The position numbers and the translations under genes were made by a program. A stretch of 64,000 bases of DNA from Isurus oxyrinchus (taxonomy: Eukaryota), in the NCBI GenBank assembly GCA_026770705.1, contig JANJGN010000024.1:19964001-20028000 (forward strand), in the 5' to 3' direction. How positions within the stretch are numbered: position 1 is the first letter of the stretch; each line of letters opens with the position of its first letter. Shown here in pieces: positions 1-12,914 of the stretch. The notes beneath the pieces were generated by a model. That model made no database searches. It was not told where the DNA came from and saw only the letters and a program-made list of their open reading frames with translations.

Positions 1-2
1 CC

Positions 3-119
3 TTCGAAGGCAAAGGACCGCATGATTACCTGAGGAAACTGAAGGCTGAGGGAAAGCTGTGTGGCAGCTCTTCCTCCAATGGCCACGCAGTCAATGAAAA
101 AGTCTGCAAAGAGGAATGA
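3..119 (+). CDS. SC5D: C-terminal end of lathosterol oxidase (sterol C5-desaturase), last coding exon, truncated by the window edge
   Basis: Frame 3 reads FEGKGPHDYLRKLKAEGKLCGSSSSNGHAVNEKVCKEE*, TGA at 117-119. FEGKGP followed by ...NG..NEK recalls the vertebrate SC5D C-terminus. An AT-rich 3'UTR follows. Confidence 0.8.
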   Translation, partial: FEGKGPHDYLRKLKAEGKLCGSSSSNGHAVNEKVCKEE

Positions 120-278
120 ACAGCTCCCACTCCCTGACTTTGCCCGTGCTTTGTTCCTGTGAAGCGCTCTCATCCTGCCAAGAGCAATATTATGAATGAC
201 ACATAATCCAGGCATAGCTCAGTGCTCTGATTTACTGTATTTTATCACTATAAATAAGGCCTATTGGAAATGTGCAGC

Positions 279-620
279 AATAAAAGACTACTTGTAGCCT
301 GTGAGTGATGGGAACCCCCACTTCACTAGCTTTTTTGCAGATTGGAAATACTTTGTTAAAATTTCTGCAGATGGCTACTTTTATGTGGCACAGGAGATCT
401 GCAAATTAGGGTCTCGACATACTACTGAACTGAATGCTTTGTTATTGCCATATCTAGGGTGCAGGTGATTCTTAGTTGTTGTCTAGTTTTAATTTAGTAA
501 AATGTTATAACAAGAATAGACTGCTAAAGGATCTGGATCATTCTGATGATTTTAAGCGATTTTAAGACATACAGTTTCTGTGCTGTACAGTCTTTGTGTT
601 TGGAATGTTTTCGAAATAAA
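279..620 (+). terminator. Candidate SC5D polyadenylation signals (AATAAA at 279-284 and 615-620)
   Basis: Hexamers in AT-rich sequence downstream of the stop codon. Confidence 0.4.
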
Positions 621-935
621 ATCATATATTGCTTTTCAATGATGGGTAATCACAAAAATATTTCCACATATAGATGATGGTAAACATGAAATGAGTTAAT
701 GTGAACTATTATTTAGACTCAAGTTTGTACCTTAAGTTGTCCTGTTTAACATTTGCTGCCTACTTTATATTGTATAATATTATTTCTTTGGTCATGTGAT
801 GCAATATACAGTAAAATGCCATGCTGCTTTAATAAGTCTGAGTTATTTCAATCACCATTTTATCTGTAATCTGGAAGGGGACTGGGCTATGCTGTTGGTC
901 TGGATTCCAATCCAGTGTGGGCTGTAAGAATGCTC

Positions 936-1716
936 CCAATGTGGTTTCCTCTACATTGGAGAGACCAAACGCAGACTGGGTGACTGCTTTGCGGAACGCC
1001 TTTGGTCTGTCCGCAAGTATGACCCAGACCTCCCTGTCACTTGCCATTTCGACACACCACCCTGCTCTCATGCCCACATGCCCACATGTCCCTCCTTGGC
1101 CTGCTGCCACGTTCCAGTGAAACTCAACGCAAACTGGGGGAACAGGACCTCATCTTCCGACTAGGTACTTTACAGCCTTCCGGACTGAATATTGAGTTCA
1201 ACAACTTCAGATCATGAACTCTCTACTCCATCCCCACCCCCTTTCCGATTTCCCCCCCCCCCCCCTTTTTTCCAATAATTTATAATTTTTTTTACAAATA
1301 TATTTTTCTTTTCCCACCAATTTTGAAATTTATTTCAATCTATTGTTTTATCTCCCCCTTTTAGCCCATTTCAATCCCTTCCCCCCACCCCACCCCCACT
1401 AGGGCCATCTGCCACTAGCTTGTCCTGCTTGCCACCCTTAATGTCCCATTAACACATTCCTTAGATAATATCACCACCGTCAACACCCCTTTGTCCTTTT
1501 CTCTATGACATCTTTGGCAATTTCTTCTTTGCCTTCACCTATCACTGGCCCCCTTTTGAGCTCTACCTGTCCCACCCCTCTCTACCAGCTTATATTTCAC
1601 CCCATTTCTCTATTTCCTTAGTTCTGATGAAGGATCATACGAACTCGAAACGTCAACTGTATCCCTCTCCACAGATGCTGTCAGACCTGCTGAGTTTTTC
1701 CAGGTATTCTTGTTTT
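936..1716 (+). mobile_element. Penelope-like element family A, 5'-truncated (GIY-YIG remnant plus terminal repeat)
   Basis: Translates CSQCGFLYIGETKRRLGDCFAE (GIY-YIG). Flanked by an 18-bp direct repeat tgggctgtaagaRtgctc at 918-935 and 1717-1734. Confidence 0.85.
1619..1659 (+). ncRNA. Minimal type I hammerhead ribozyme motif (stem II decayed)
   Basis: agtt-CTGATGA(1624-30)-aggatcatacgaactc-GAAA(1647-50)-cgtc-aact; stem I AGTT/AACT, GTC triplet. Confidence 0.6.
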
Positions 1717-2985
1717 TGGGCTGTAAGAGTGCTCTGTTAAATGGTTTTTGGGCAGTCTTAATCCAGTGCCTGTGAGCCCATAGCACAAAACTGGCCTCCA
1801 TTTGTCAATCATATGATGTTCTTGCTTAGTGAGGCCTCGAGGTGCGTCATGTGGGGAGATAGGGGTAAGGGAAACCAGAAAGGTCAGTCCAGACAAGCTG
1901 CAGCTGCCTTAGGTATGCAGGGTGGAATGTGTTCTCATCTTTAGCATTGCCATACCGTTTCAAACAGATATACACAATTAAATCACAGTGTTGACCTTTG
2001 CCTTATCAAACCATATAAGTTTATGTCTTTGGTATAATGCAGGAACTTCTAAGTCAACTTTTGCCAAGTTTTCAGGTCAAGATATTAAAATCTGATCAGT
2101 GATAATGGAGCATTGCATCCATCAATTTTAATTTTTTTAAAAATCCCTCCATCTTTAAAAATCATCTGTGTGTAGACCTCTCTTTAAAATAAGCTTGTAT
2201 TTATATATACTTGGGGAAGGCATAGCCACCAATCAGGGACACGCCAGAGGTCAGAATTGGAATGGCATAGAGAACTAAGAGGGTTGTCAAGCTGGAGCAG
2301 GTTAAGAGAGATAGGAACGGATTTGACCACATAATGAGAATTTTAAAATCAAGCCATTAATGGACCGGAAGGCAACCTAGATCAGTAAACACTGGAATAA
2401 TGGGTCAATGGAACTTGTTGTGAGTTAGGAGATGCTAAGCAGTGTTCTAGCTGAGCTCAAGAGGATGGGAGGCCCAGCCTGGAGAGCGTTGGGATTGTTG
2501 AGTCTAGAGATAACAAAAGCATAGATTAGGGATTCATCAGCAATTGGACTAAGACTGGCAGTGATGGAAGTCAGATGCATGTTTAATAGTTAATACACAT
2601 GAAAACAGCATCTTATTTTTCACCTTACAATAATTATTGAATCTTTGGAGCAGTGTTGAAGTGATCAAGATTGCCCAGGAAAAGTTGTTTCTGGGTTTGA
2701 GTATAGAAAAGAAAAAGTGATTAGCTAAATGCAGGTCAAGATATTTGAATCCTGAGGTAAATAGGCAGAAGCTATGCATATGTTTAGCCATGTGATGACA
2801 GAAAACAAACTGGAATATTTGTAATGATGCTATTCCCATAAAATTCTCTTGCTCATTAACAAAAGTATTGCATCTTTTACTAAAAATCATTCAACATGAT
2901 TTCAACTTCATGATCTCTGAATACACAGCCAATGCTAATGAATCTTCTCAGAAGTATTTGTGGTGCTGCCAGGTCTATGGCCTTC

Positions 2986-3447
2986 TGTCAGCTGTGGCTC
3001 AGTGGGTTACACACTCACCTTTCAGTCAGAAGGTTGTGGGTTTGAGTGCCACTCCAGAGATTTGAGAACATAATCCAGATTTACATTCTAGCCCAGTATT
3101 GAGGGAGTGCTGCACTGTCAGAGATGCTGTTTTTCCTTTAACACATTTAACAGAGTTCCAGTCTGCCTTCTCAGTTGTATGTAAAAGGTCATGTGGCACT
3201 ATTCTAATAAGAGTTGGAGTGTTATATCTGATGTCTTGACCAATATTTATCCCTCAACCAACATCACTGAAACAGATTTTCTGGTCATTAACACATTGCT
3301 GCTTGTGGGATCTTGCCATGTGCAAATTTGTTGCCACATTTCCTCCACTAAACAGTGAATACACTTCTTTGAAATTACTTCATTGGTTCTAAAGTGCTTT
3401 GGGACATCCTGAGATTGTGAGATGTGCCTTATAAACACAAATCTTTC
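2986..3447 (+). mobile_element. Deu-domain SINE (SacSINE1/AmnSINE-like)
   Basis: tRNA-like head gctgtggctcagtggg and core gagggagtgctgcactgtcaga; about 10 related copies in the window. Confidence 0.75.
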
Positions 3448-4409
3448 TTTCCCCCAGCACCGCAACCTGGAACTATTATCCTACAAACTTCAGCCTGTTA
3501 GAAGTTACATGGGATGTCACACACTTTCCTCTGGTCCTAATGTCTGATTCTCCTAGGCTGTTTCACATGGTGGGACTTTGTATCGAACCTTAATTGAAGT
3601 TTATTGTTAAGTATTGGTTGGTCATTCAATCAGGAAAGGGCATTATAGTTGAACCATAGATGTGAGGGGCTGAATGGACATCTGTTCCTATATTCCCATG
3701 CCATTCCATTCCAGTTACTGAAGTTCATGATATTTTATAATGATGTGTTTGATTTGATTAATGGTCCATTACTATATGACCATTTAGGACAGCTCAGTCA
3801 TTAGTAATCTTTGGTTTTATCTCATTGTTATGCTGCTGGCCCCACTCCTCTTTAGGGTTTGTTTGGACTATACCCAAAAGACTAACTGATCCCACAGATG
3901 TTGACTGACCTACTTCCGGCATCTTCTGCCTCTTTTGTCGGCTCTCAGCAACTCTAGTCTTTCGTTTTTAACACCGTGCAGGTGGCAATTCCGAGAAATT
4001 CATGGGAACTGGTTTTTAAGATGATTAAATAGAACTCGGATTGCGTTGAGTCAACCTGCTGTAACATAATTTCCCACTTGAGGGCAGCTGCGCACACAGA
4101 CCACAGTCACGGCTGAGAGCAAGGTACAGGATGAATAGTCATTTTGGTTGATGTCAAATTAATTTGGCTTTAAAACTTCATTGCATTGACATTAGAAGCC
4201 ACACAAACACTGTGGAAATCTGAGTCATTATGTAAATGTGATAGAAATAAATCCAGACAGGGGAAATTGTTTGGCACACCTCACCAGCTACCTACACCAG
4301 CCATCTCCAGTCACAGGATGATGATCAAGAGATCATAGAAGTTTTGTTCCTGAGACTTCTCCCGGATGTCCAGCCTAGGGGAGTGATCATTCTTTGTTAA
4401 GTGCTTCCT

Positions 4410-4970
4410 GACATAAGAACACAAGAAATAGCAGGAGGGAGCCAAACAGCCCCCTTGAGCTTTCTACATCATTTAGATCAGTCATGATCTTATCAGATAA
4501 TGGAGCAGGATCAAATGGCCTACTAGTGCTCCTAATTCGTTTGCTCATACCTATCTTCAATATGCCTGGCTGATTTTCTACCTCAATTCCTCTTTCCCAA
4601 CCGCTTCCCATATCCCTTCATTTCCTGAGAGGCTAAAAATATCTGTTCCAGCCTTAAATGTATTCAACGATGGAGCATCCCAATCCTCTGGGATAGAGAA
4701 TTCCAAAGATTCACAACCCTGTTGAGTGAAGAAATTTCTCATCTCAGCCCTAAATGGCTGACCCCTTATACTGAGTCTATCCCTTCATCCTAGGCTCTGC
4801 AGCCAGGGGGAAACAGTGTTCAGCATCAACCCTATCAAGCTCTCAAGAATTTTACATGTTCCAACTTCTCATTCTTCTAAATTCTAGAGAATATTGACCC
4901 ATTCCACACAATCCTTCTTCATAGGATAGCTCTCTCACCCCAGGAATCAATCTAGTGAACCCTTATTGAC
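4410..4970 (-). mobile_element. CR1-type LINE 3' fragment
   Basis: Similar in reverse complement to the CR1 tails at 50420-51830. Confidence 0.65.
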
Positions 4971-4985
4971 ATCTTTGTTGACAGG

Positions 4986-5355
4986 TGAGATTGTGGCATA
5001 GTGGTAACATCACTGAACTAGTGATCCAGGCCAATACTCTGGGGGAAAGGGTTCAAATCCCACTATGGCAGACGGTGGAGCTTAAATTCAATTAACAAAT
5101 TGGGATTTGAAAGCTAGTCTCAGTAATGGTAACAATGGCTGGGATTTTCTGGTCCTGCCCCATGAAACTATCATTGATTGTCACTAATGCCCTTTAGAGA
5201 AGGAAATCTGTGATATTGACCTGATCTGGCCCAGATCCACAGCAATGTGGTTGACTCTGAAATGGTCTAACAAGCCAGTCAGTTCAAGGGTGATTAGGGA
5301 TGGTCAACAAATGCTGGCTTTGCCAGAAATGCTCACATCCCATGAAATAATTTTT
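4986..5355 (+). mobile_element. tRNA-derived SINE family B with LINE-derived tail
   Basis: A box gtggcatagtggt, B box ggttcaaatcc; tail ttagggatggtcaacaaatgctgg is shared with the LINE end at 35840-36190. Confidence 0.75.
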
Positions 5356-5904
5356 AAAAACACTTACTTTTTGTAATTGTCTTGTCACTTTTTTCTCATA
5401 TTCATCTTTCTCCCCGTTGTCTGCAAATTGTATTAAGTATTGTACCTTAATTGTGCTGTGATTTAAGAGTTCCTGTTTCCCTTTCTATTTTGTCTCCATC
5501 TTGTGGCACACATTGGCAGTGCAATGATGGAGTTAGTGTGAAGCACTTTCGCTTCACTAACTTTCCAACTGTGGTGTAACTGAAGACAGTGCCAGCACAC
5601 CTGAAGTCAGCAGAGACAGACTGCTTATAGGACTGTGGTCTAACTGCAAGCTCCTTTGCTGACAGTTCCAAGGTGATTTCCCCACTGAAATTTCAGGTGG
5701 TGTACATTATCCTGGGAATAGTCTTAATCAGACAAATGTGGCCACTCATTAACGACTAGCTGTTCAAATTCAAAAGGACATTTCACATCCACCTCCTCCA
5801 CCAAAACATGTAGGTTTACTCGTTAATGATGTCCCATTAGCAAGATCAATTTTGGGGGGAAAATTTCCTACTTAGCTGATTCCTGAAGAGGATAAGACAG
5901 AAAA

Positions 5905-6213
5905 AAGGCCGGCAGCATCTCTGACAGTGCAGCACTCTCTCAGTACTGGACTTCCTCAGGAAGTCCCAAAGCACTTTGCAGCCAATGAAATACTGTTTTG
6001 AAGTGTGGTCACTGTTGTAATTTGTGCAGAGCAAGCTCCCATTAACATTAGTGTGATAAATTATCTGTTTCTCAATAGTTTTGGCTGAGGGATGAATAGT
6101 GTTCAGGGACACAGGGGAGACCCTCTATGCTCTTCTTTGAAATAGCGTGGTGGGATCATTTACATCCACTAGAGAGGGCAGGTGGGGCCTCAGTTTAACA
6201 TCTCATTCAAAAG
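5905..6213 (-). mobile_element. Deu-domain SINE fragments
   Basis: Reverse complement of the 2986 family core and tail. Confidence 0.65.
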
Positions 6214-6227
6214 GCCCTTAATGCACT

Positions 6228-7135
6228 GATTATTTTTCCAAAAATATACTTTATTCATAAAATATCTGAAGGAACATTCCAAAATATTTCAAAATGGTCA
6301 TTACAGAAAGTGCAAAAGTATTCAACTTTTCTCCATAGAGACTCGGAGGTGCCTCAATACAATCATGACCCCAGACGGAACAAACAATTCAGACCACAGT
6401 GCTCTTATTTCCCAGTTTTTACTGTTTTTTTGTTCTGCGATGCATGTGATATTTACCATATACATTCAACGTCAAGCATATAGCTTGAGGGGTCCTACAC
6501 AGTCTCCAGTCCCTCTGTGCACTGTGACAGAAAGGTGTTAAACAAGCAACCTTTCCCCATTGCGCCTTTGTAGCGGCTGCCCCAAGCTTTAGCGCGACCC
6601 TCAGTACATAGTCCTGGACTTTGGAATATGCCAGTCTGCAACACTCGGTCGGGACAACTCTTTGCACTGGAAGGCCAACAAGTTTCGGGCAGACGAAAGA
6701 GCGTCTTTCACTGAAATGGTGATCCTCCAGCTGCAGTTGATGTTTGCCTCATTGTGAGTGCCTGGGGACAGCCAGTAGAGCACAGAGACCTGCAACACGG
6801 GGCTGCTCGGGATGAACCTTGACAAAAAACCACCGCATATCTTTCCAAATCTTCTTCGCAAAGGCACATTCCAGAAGGAGATGTGCAACGGTCTCTTCCC
6901 CACCGCAGCTGCTTCCAGGGTAGTGCGCAGTGGCACAAATGCTTCAGTCTTGCATGAAGAATCTGAGGGGGTGGTTGTGTGCCCTTCTCACCACCAGCCA
7001 AGCTACATCTTGGTGCTTGTTTGCAATGAGAAATTCTGTCAAATGACTTTGACAGTCTGTTCAGTGAACCATCTGACAGGATCCACATCCCCTTTTTCCG
7101 CAGGGGTTTGGAGGACATTACGTGTGGACCACTAA
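6228..7135 (-). mobile_element. Tx1/L1-clade LINE 3' end, frameshifted
   Basis: The minus strand gives a Cys/His finger (CGEETVAHLLLECAFAKKIW), SVKDALSSARNLL and ECCRLAYSKVQDYVLR, then a 3'UTR with AATAAA near 6250. Confidence 0.75.
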
Positions 7136-7299
7136 ATGGTATCAGGCTTATTGCGTCCTCTGAAAGATTGCCAAGCACTTCTTGTGCTATTCTAAAGTGC
7201 AGCAATACGTTTTTACATTAATTTTCCTTTTAAAACAACTGAAAGGAAGGTTTTTCTAAACACTTTTTCGTTTCTTGGTGAAGAAGTCATATTTTTAAA

Positions 7300-7529
7300 A
7301 TTGAGGGACTTGAAGGAAAGAACAACTGAAACTTCACTCCACTTCTACATTGCGGTTTCCTGAGCCCCAAGAGCAAACAAAGGAACAACACAATGACGTG
7401 ACTACCTTGCAGATGTCAAATTAAAACTCTGAGGGAATCGAAGCAGACTGCAGCTCAGGAGCAGACTGGATTTTGAGTGTGACTTAGCAGTTACACCGAA
7501 GTGGCTTCTGTGAACTGAATAACTAGCTC
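7300..7529 (+). promoter_or_regulatory. Putative promoter and non-coding first exon of the JAML-like gene
   Basis: Unique sequence ending in donor GTAAGT at 7530. RUNX-like TGCGGTT (7351-57) overlaps an ETS-like TTCC; TGACGT at 7394. The ATG exon starts at an acceptor, so an upstream exon is required. Confidence 0.4.
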
Positions 7530-8379
7530 GTAAGTTCCTTTTCTTTCTGAAACAGAAAAATGTTGAAGGAAAAGAATATTAGCTTTCATTCAAAAATTTC
7601 TGCTTTAATTGATAGATTTAATTTTAACTTGTCAGAAAGATCATACGGTTAAAATCCAAATTAACTAATAAGGTGTTTGTTCAGGAGGAATGTTCCCAAG
7701 TATAATGAAGTGTTCCTCTCACTCTATTGATAATTATTTTAATTATTTAATTATAATTATGATTTGTATAGTGCCTTTAATGGATGTGGATATTCAGTTA
7801 CTATGTCCAGCACAGAGATTGATAGGTTTATGGATACTATGGGAATTAGGGGTTAGTGCAGGAAAGTGGAAATGAGTTAGAAGATCAGCCATGCAAAATA
7901 GGCCCAAAAGGGCTTTATCCACAATTTCCCTTTCTCCACTCCTGAAGGTGCTGATTCTCACTGGGGTACAGGCCTGTTCTCTCCATAGGAGTGCCATAAG
8001 CTACAGTTGTCACCTCTCCAGTGTTTAATCCAATTTGTCATTCTTCATGTTTGAGCCTCCATTAGTGCATCAGCAGCTATTTGAACTTGGGAGTTGTTAC
8101 AGGTCAATCCTCTCCACTCCTCATGTCCATAATCATGCAATATCCAGCAGTGGTCACAGGGATGAGAGGCAGGAACCTGGCCTGAATTTGGCCATGAATA
8201 ATGTAGGTCCTGTTATTAAGACTTTCATTGGAACCAATATAATTCAACCTGAAATAAGGATTGGACCTGTTAATGGATGGAATCCTACATAGCTAAACAC
8301 TGGCTTATGCATCAACCCCAACAACAATTTGAGAATTCAATCTGCAGTCTCTAATTTCACTGCTTGTCTTCCATTTTCC

Positions 8380-8850
8380 ATTCTCAGTCAGCTTAACTAA
8401 TCTAAATCTCTGCTGCTGGTATTCCTACTCCTACAGGTCCCGTTCAATGATCACCTCCTACGCTCACTAACTTGCATTGGATCTGGGTTTGGCAATGCCA
8501 CGATTTTAATATTCCCATCCTTCTATTCAAATCTCTCCATGGCCTTAGCCCTCCCAATCCCTTCAACCTGCTCCAGCCCTGCAACCCTCTGAAACCTTTG
8601 TGCTCCTCCAATTCTGGCCTTTACGCAATCCAGATTTTTATCACTCCACTATTGCCAGCCATACCTTTAGCTGTCTAGACCCTTTCTTCCTGCTTCCTCT
8701 ATTAAGACACTGTTTAAAGCTTAGGTCCTTGACTAAGGTTTAGTTAGTTGTCAGAGTATCTCTTTATGTGGCTCAGAGTCAAATTTTGTTTGATAATTCT
8801 CCTGTAAAGTATCTTGGGATGCATTTAAAGGCGTTATATAAATGCAACTT
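8380..8850 (+). mobile_element. L2/CR1-like LINE 3' fragment
   Basis: Pyrimidine-rich family repeated at 32530, 42720 and 49745, and on the minus strand at 34690 and 43410. Confidence 0.6.
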
Positions 8851-8893
8851 GTTAATATCATTGATTAATTTCCTGTGTTTCTCTCCATAGGTG

Positions 8894-8945
8894 ATGAAGA
8901 GTGGAATGGGCTTCTTCTTGTTCCTTTCGTCTCTTATGTTCTATG
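8894..8945 (+). CDS. JAML: JAML-like Ig receptor, coding exon 1 (signal peptide MKSGMGFFLFLSSLMFY)
   Basis: Acceptor ctctccatAG at 8890, ATG at 8894, donor G|GTAAGA at 8946 (phase 1), hydrophobic leader. Confidence 0.75.
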
Positions 8946-8959
8946 GTAAGAGTTTCTTA

Positions 8960-9380
8960 GAGGTCTAGTAAATTGGGCTTATATTCTCTGTAGTTTAGAA
9001 GAATGAGAGATGATCTTATTGACACCTACAAACTTCTGAGGGGGCTTGATATGGTAGACGCTGAGAGATTTTTTTCTATTGGTCAGGGAATCTAAAACAT
9101 GGGCGTACAGTCTCAGACTAAGGGGCCGACCATTTAGGACTGTGATGAGCAGCAATTACTTCACTCAAAGGGTTGTGAATCTTTGAAATTCTTTTTCTTG
9201 GGGGTTGTGGATGCTCCATCATTGAATACATTTAAGGCCGGGATGTCTCAGGGAATCAAGGGATATGGAGAGTGGGCGGGAAAATGGAGTTGAAGCCAAG
9301 ACCAGTCAAGCTTGTATTGAATGGTGGAGTATGTTCAATAGGCCATGGGGTCTACTCCTGCTCCTATTCCTTGTGTCCTG
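8960..9380 (+). mobile_element. CR1-type LINE 3' fragment
   Basis: Matches other CR1 tails in the window. Confidence 0.65.
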
Positions 9381-9784
9381 GTGTTTGTTTATTGAGAACA
9401 GGGATAGAACAATGAACTATTATGCTGAAGTGTTTTGAGTCTTAACTGTAATTGGAGATAAAGTTGCCAACTCTGGTTAGATGCATGACCCGCCCACCTC
9501 TAACCACCCCACACTTAGGTCATTGGTCCATTCTCAGTGCGTCTGCATTGGACATTTAAAATAATGGGCCCCAAGGGTTGAGTGCTGGGACCAGCACCTG
9601 GGCATATCGAGCTAAATTGGTGATTTGTTTTACACCTAGAAGCAGTGGGGGAAATGGATCGCTATGTGTACTATTAATGGGAAGGATGGAAACACCAGCC
9701 CAGTGTGGCATGGAACCACGCAGACCAGGGAGGTCCCAGTTTTAATTTATGGGCCAGTATTGACCACAGCCTAGTCAGTAAAAG

Positions 9785-10200
9785 GACATGCATTTAAATA
9801 GCACTTTTCATAACCTCATGACATGCAAAACACTTTGCAACCAATGAAGTATTTTTGAAGTGTAATCATTGTTGTAATGTAGGAAACTCTAATGCAGCCA
9901 ATTTGAGCACAGCAAGGTCCCACAAACAGCAATATGATAATGACCAGATAATCGTTTTAGTGATGTTGGTTGAGGGATAACTATTGGTCTAGACATGGGG
10001 AGATCTCCCTGCTCTCTTGGAAATGGTGCCATGGGATCGTTCGCACCCACTTGAGCAGGCAAATGAGGCCTCAGTTTAATATATCATCTGAAAGACAGCA
10101 CCTCTGAGAGTGCAGCACTCCCTCAGATTTTTGTATTCAAGTCCTGGTGTGAGAATTGAACCCAAAACGTCTGCCACCAGGGTAAGAATGCTATCCACAG
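9785..10200 (-). mobile_element. Deu-domain SINE
   Basis: Reverse-complement core agtgcagcactccctcag. Confidence 0.7.
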
Positions 10201-11080
10201 AGCCCTGCCCTTTTCCCAGAATCCTTTAACCCCCTATCCTCTAGCCACATATCTAACCTATTCTTAAATGTAAATATGGAGGGAATTTTCAATGGACATT
10301 TGTTTGGGCCGTTGAATCTCGCTAGGTGGGTCCCGCCATGATGGGGCTGGAAAACCCCAGCCATGGTCTCTGTTTCATTCACTATCTTTGGTAGTGAACT
10401 CTACAGCCTCATGACTCTCAACTTTTTCTTGCTCTATGTCCTAAATCTCTTTAATATAATCTCACCTCTATATCCGTTCATTCTAGACTCCTCAACCACT
10501 GGAAAAACTATGGAGGCAATTAGAACCCACCATTGGGCAGTTAATGGGATTGGGGGCAATGCAGGTTTTACCCTCGGCCCGATTTTGCTCTTCATTCAAG
10601 TCAACATGGAGCAATTTTGGTCATCCCATCCCAACCCCGTGGAATTTCCACCAGATGAATAAAGTTAAAAAAGACCCCTTCTGTTTCTGTCTACTCTGTG
10701 CCTTCCATTCATAACATTAAACTCTATCAAATCATTCTGTGTACAAGATAAGAACTGGGAGCAGGAGTAGGACATAGGATCCCTAAAGCCTGTTCTGCCA
10801 TGCAATAAGATCATGGCTGATCTTCCACCTCAACTCCCCTCTCTGACCCTGTCCCCATATCCCTTGAATCCTTTACTAGCTAAACATTTATCTACCTCAA
10901 TCCTGAATATATCCAATGACTGAACGTCCACAGCTCTCTAGCACAGAGAATTCCAAAGATTCACAAGCCTGTGAGTGGCAACCTAAATGGCCATTCCCTT
11001 ATCCTGAGACCATGAACATTAGTTCTAAACTCTTCAGCCAGTGGAAACAGCCTCTCAGCGTCTACCTTGAAGAACTCCAT

Positions 11081-11743
11081 GGGGAGGATCTTCTGGTCAG
11101 CAAGCTGGGTGGGGCCCGCTCGCCAACATGTAAAATGACAGGGAATGACGTCGGGAGTTCCTCTGACGTCACCCTGCATCATTTCAATTTTCAGGTCGGC
11201 TGGGGCTTAGCCGAGCCAGCTGTGCCCGCTGACCTATCAACGGCCTATTGAGGCCATTAATAAAACAATTTAAATAATTAACAGGGCTGCCCGTCCAACC
11301 TTAGGGTTGGCGGGTAGGCCGGGAGCCCTGGTGGGCTTCAGAAAAAGCATGAAACCTTATCCACAGGTGAGATGAGGGTTTTTAAATATTTAATAAAGGT
11401 TTGAGTTAAAGTGATGGACATGTCCCAACTCTTGTGACAGTGTCACATGAGGGGACATGTCAGGGAAATGTGGATATCATTTCTTCCCATTTTAAAATTT
11501 TGAGCTGATCCCCCTGAGGCAGCACTTAGCCTCAGGGAGGTCAGTGTGCTCTTTCATGTGCATGTGCGAAAGAGCACACTCTCGGCTGAGGGAATCCCCC
11601 CCCGCCCGCACAGGAAGCACATAGCTTCCTGGTGGACATCACGCTTGATGGGCCTTAATTGGCCTGCCCACTTAAAATGGCAGCGCGCCCTCCTGCACCC
11701 ACTCCTGCACTTCACCCCACCCAATGGGAGGAAAAGTTTCCCC
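11081..11743 (+). mobile_element. Harbinger-type MITE nested in a minus-strand CR1 fragment (about 10745-11830)
   Basis: Imperfect TIRs GGGGAGGATCTT / AAAAGTTTCCCC, 3-bp flanks cat/tat; the CR1 sequence resumes after it. Confidence 0.7.
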
Positions 11744-12914
11744 TATATATTTCAATGAGACCACCTCTCGTCCTTCTAAACTCCAAAGAATATAAACCCA
11801 CTCTACTCAAACGCCCTTCGTGGAACAGCTCTCTCAACTATGTTCTAATGAATCAAATACACTATGGCTTAGATGTAAGTGTTTAAAGCAACCATTTGGG
11901 TTTCAGGATTCATATCCCTTGTTCAAACTGCCCAAGTTGGTGATTAGTTCGATCCCAGCTGTCACTTTAAGTGAAGAAATGTTATTTACATTAGGCGTAG
12001 TTCCGTTGCTTTACAGGAGAGCACAGCAATTGTAATTTACTGTAAAGAGGAAGAAGCCACTCCAGCAGATCCTTCCCACCATCCCCACCCCACACACCCC
12101 ACCAACCATACCATGAACTACCCACAGTTTCCCCCTTTCCAGACAGCTGACGTTGACTTTGAAAGTAGCTTTCTTACTGTGAAGCAAAGTAACTCTTAAC
12201 AAGGCACTATTATCCAGGCTGGTGCTCTGATGCAGGACTGAGTTTGGGGCTACCTTGACAGAGATTCCATATTCCACATGGGACAGGAAACCAAGAACGC
12301 ACATGGCTTTAGGTAGTGTTCTCCAACGTGGGACTCCTTGTTTCAAATTGGCCTTACTCTGTGCAGGAAGATCTGCAGATGTTTTAATAACCCTGTTTCA
12401 CTGTTTGGTGGCATGGACAACATCAACTCGCTTTTGTTTAAGGAAGATATACATAGAAGCCAGCACAATTTGTTGAAGGCAATCATGTTTGACTAACTTG
12501 ATTGAGTTTTATGATTGGTCAGGGTGATTCAGTTGATTTGTATCTATGGACGGAAAAACGTTGTTTGATAAAGTGCCAGATAATAGCCTTGTTAGGAAAT
12601 AATGAAGCCTATGAGATGAAAGGAGTAGTCAGTGGCAGCACTGATACCTAATTGACTAAAGGATGGAAAGCAAAGATAGTTGTTAGCAATTGTTTTTCAG
12701 ACTGAGGAAAGTGTGCAGTTGTGACCCCAGGGAGCATTGTAAAGATCACCGCTCTTTTTGATAATATATGCTGGATGCTGCACACATGTGGTTCTTGAGC
12801 CTGGCAGTGATTCAGTTATCATTGCATTGGCCAGTAATTTATGTTAATGCATATTAGAGGTCAAGTAACAGAGTTTGGTTTGTGCTGAGAAACAATGAGT
12901 ATCGGATACCCAAC

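Noticed and set aside
2986-3070. tRNA genes at SINE heads
   Set aside because: The A/B boxes belong to decayed SINEs; no full cloverleaf seen
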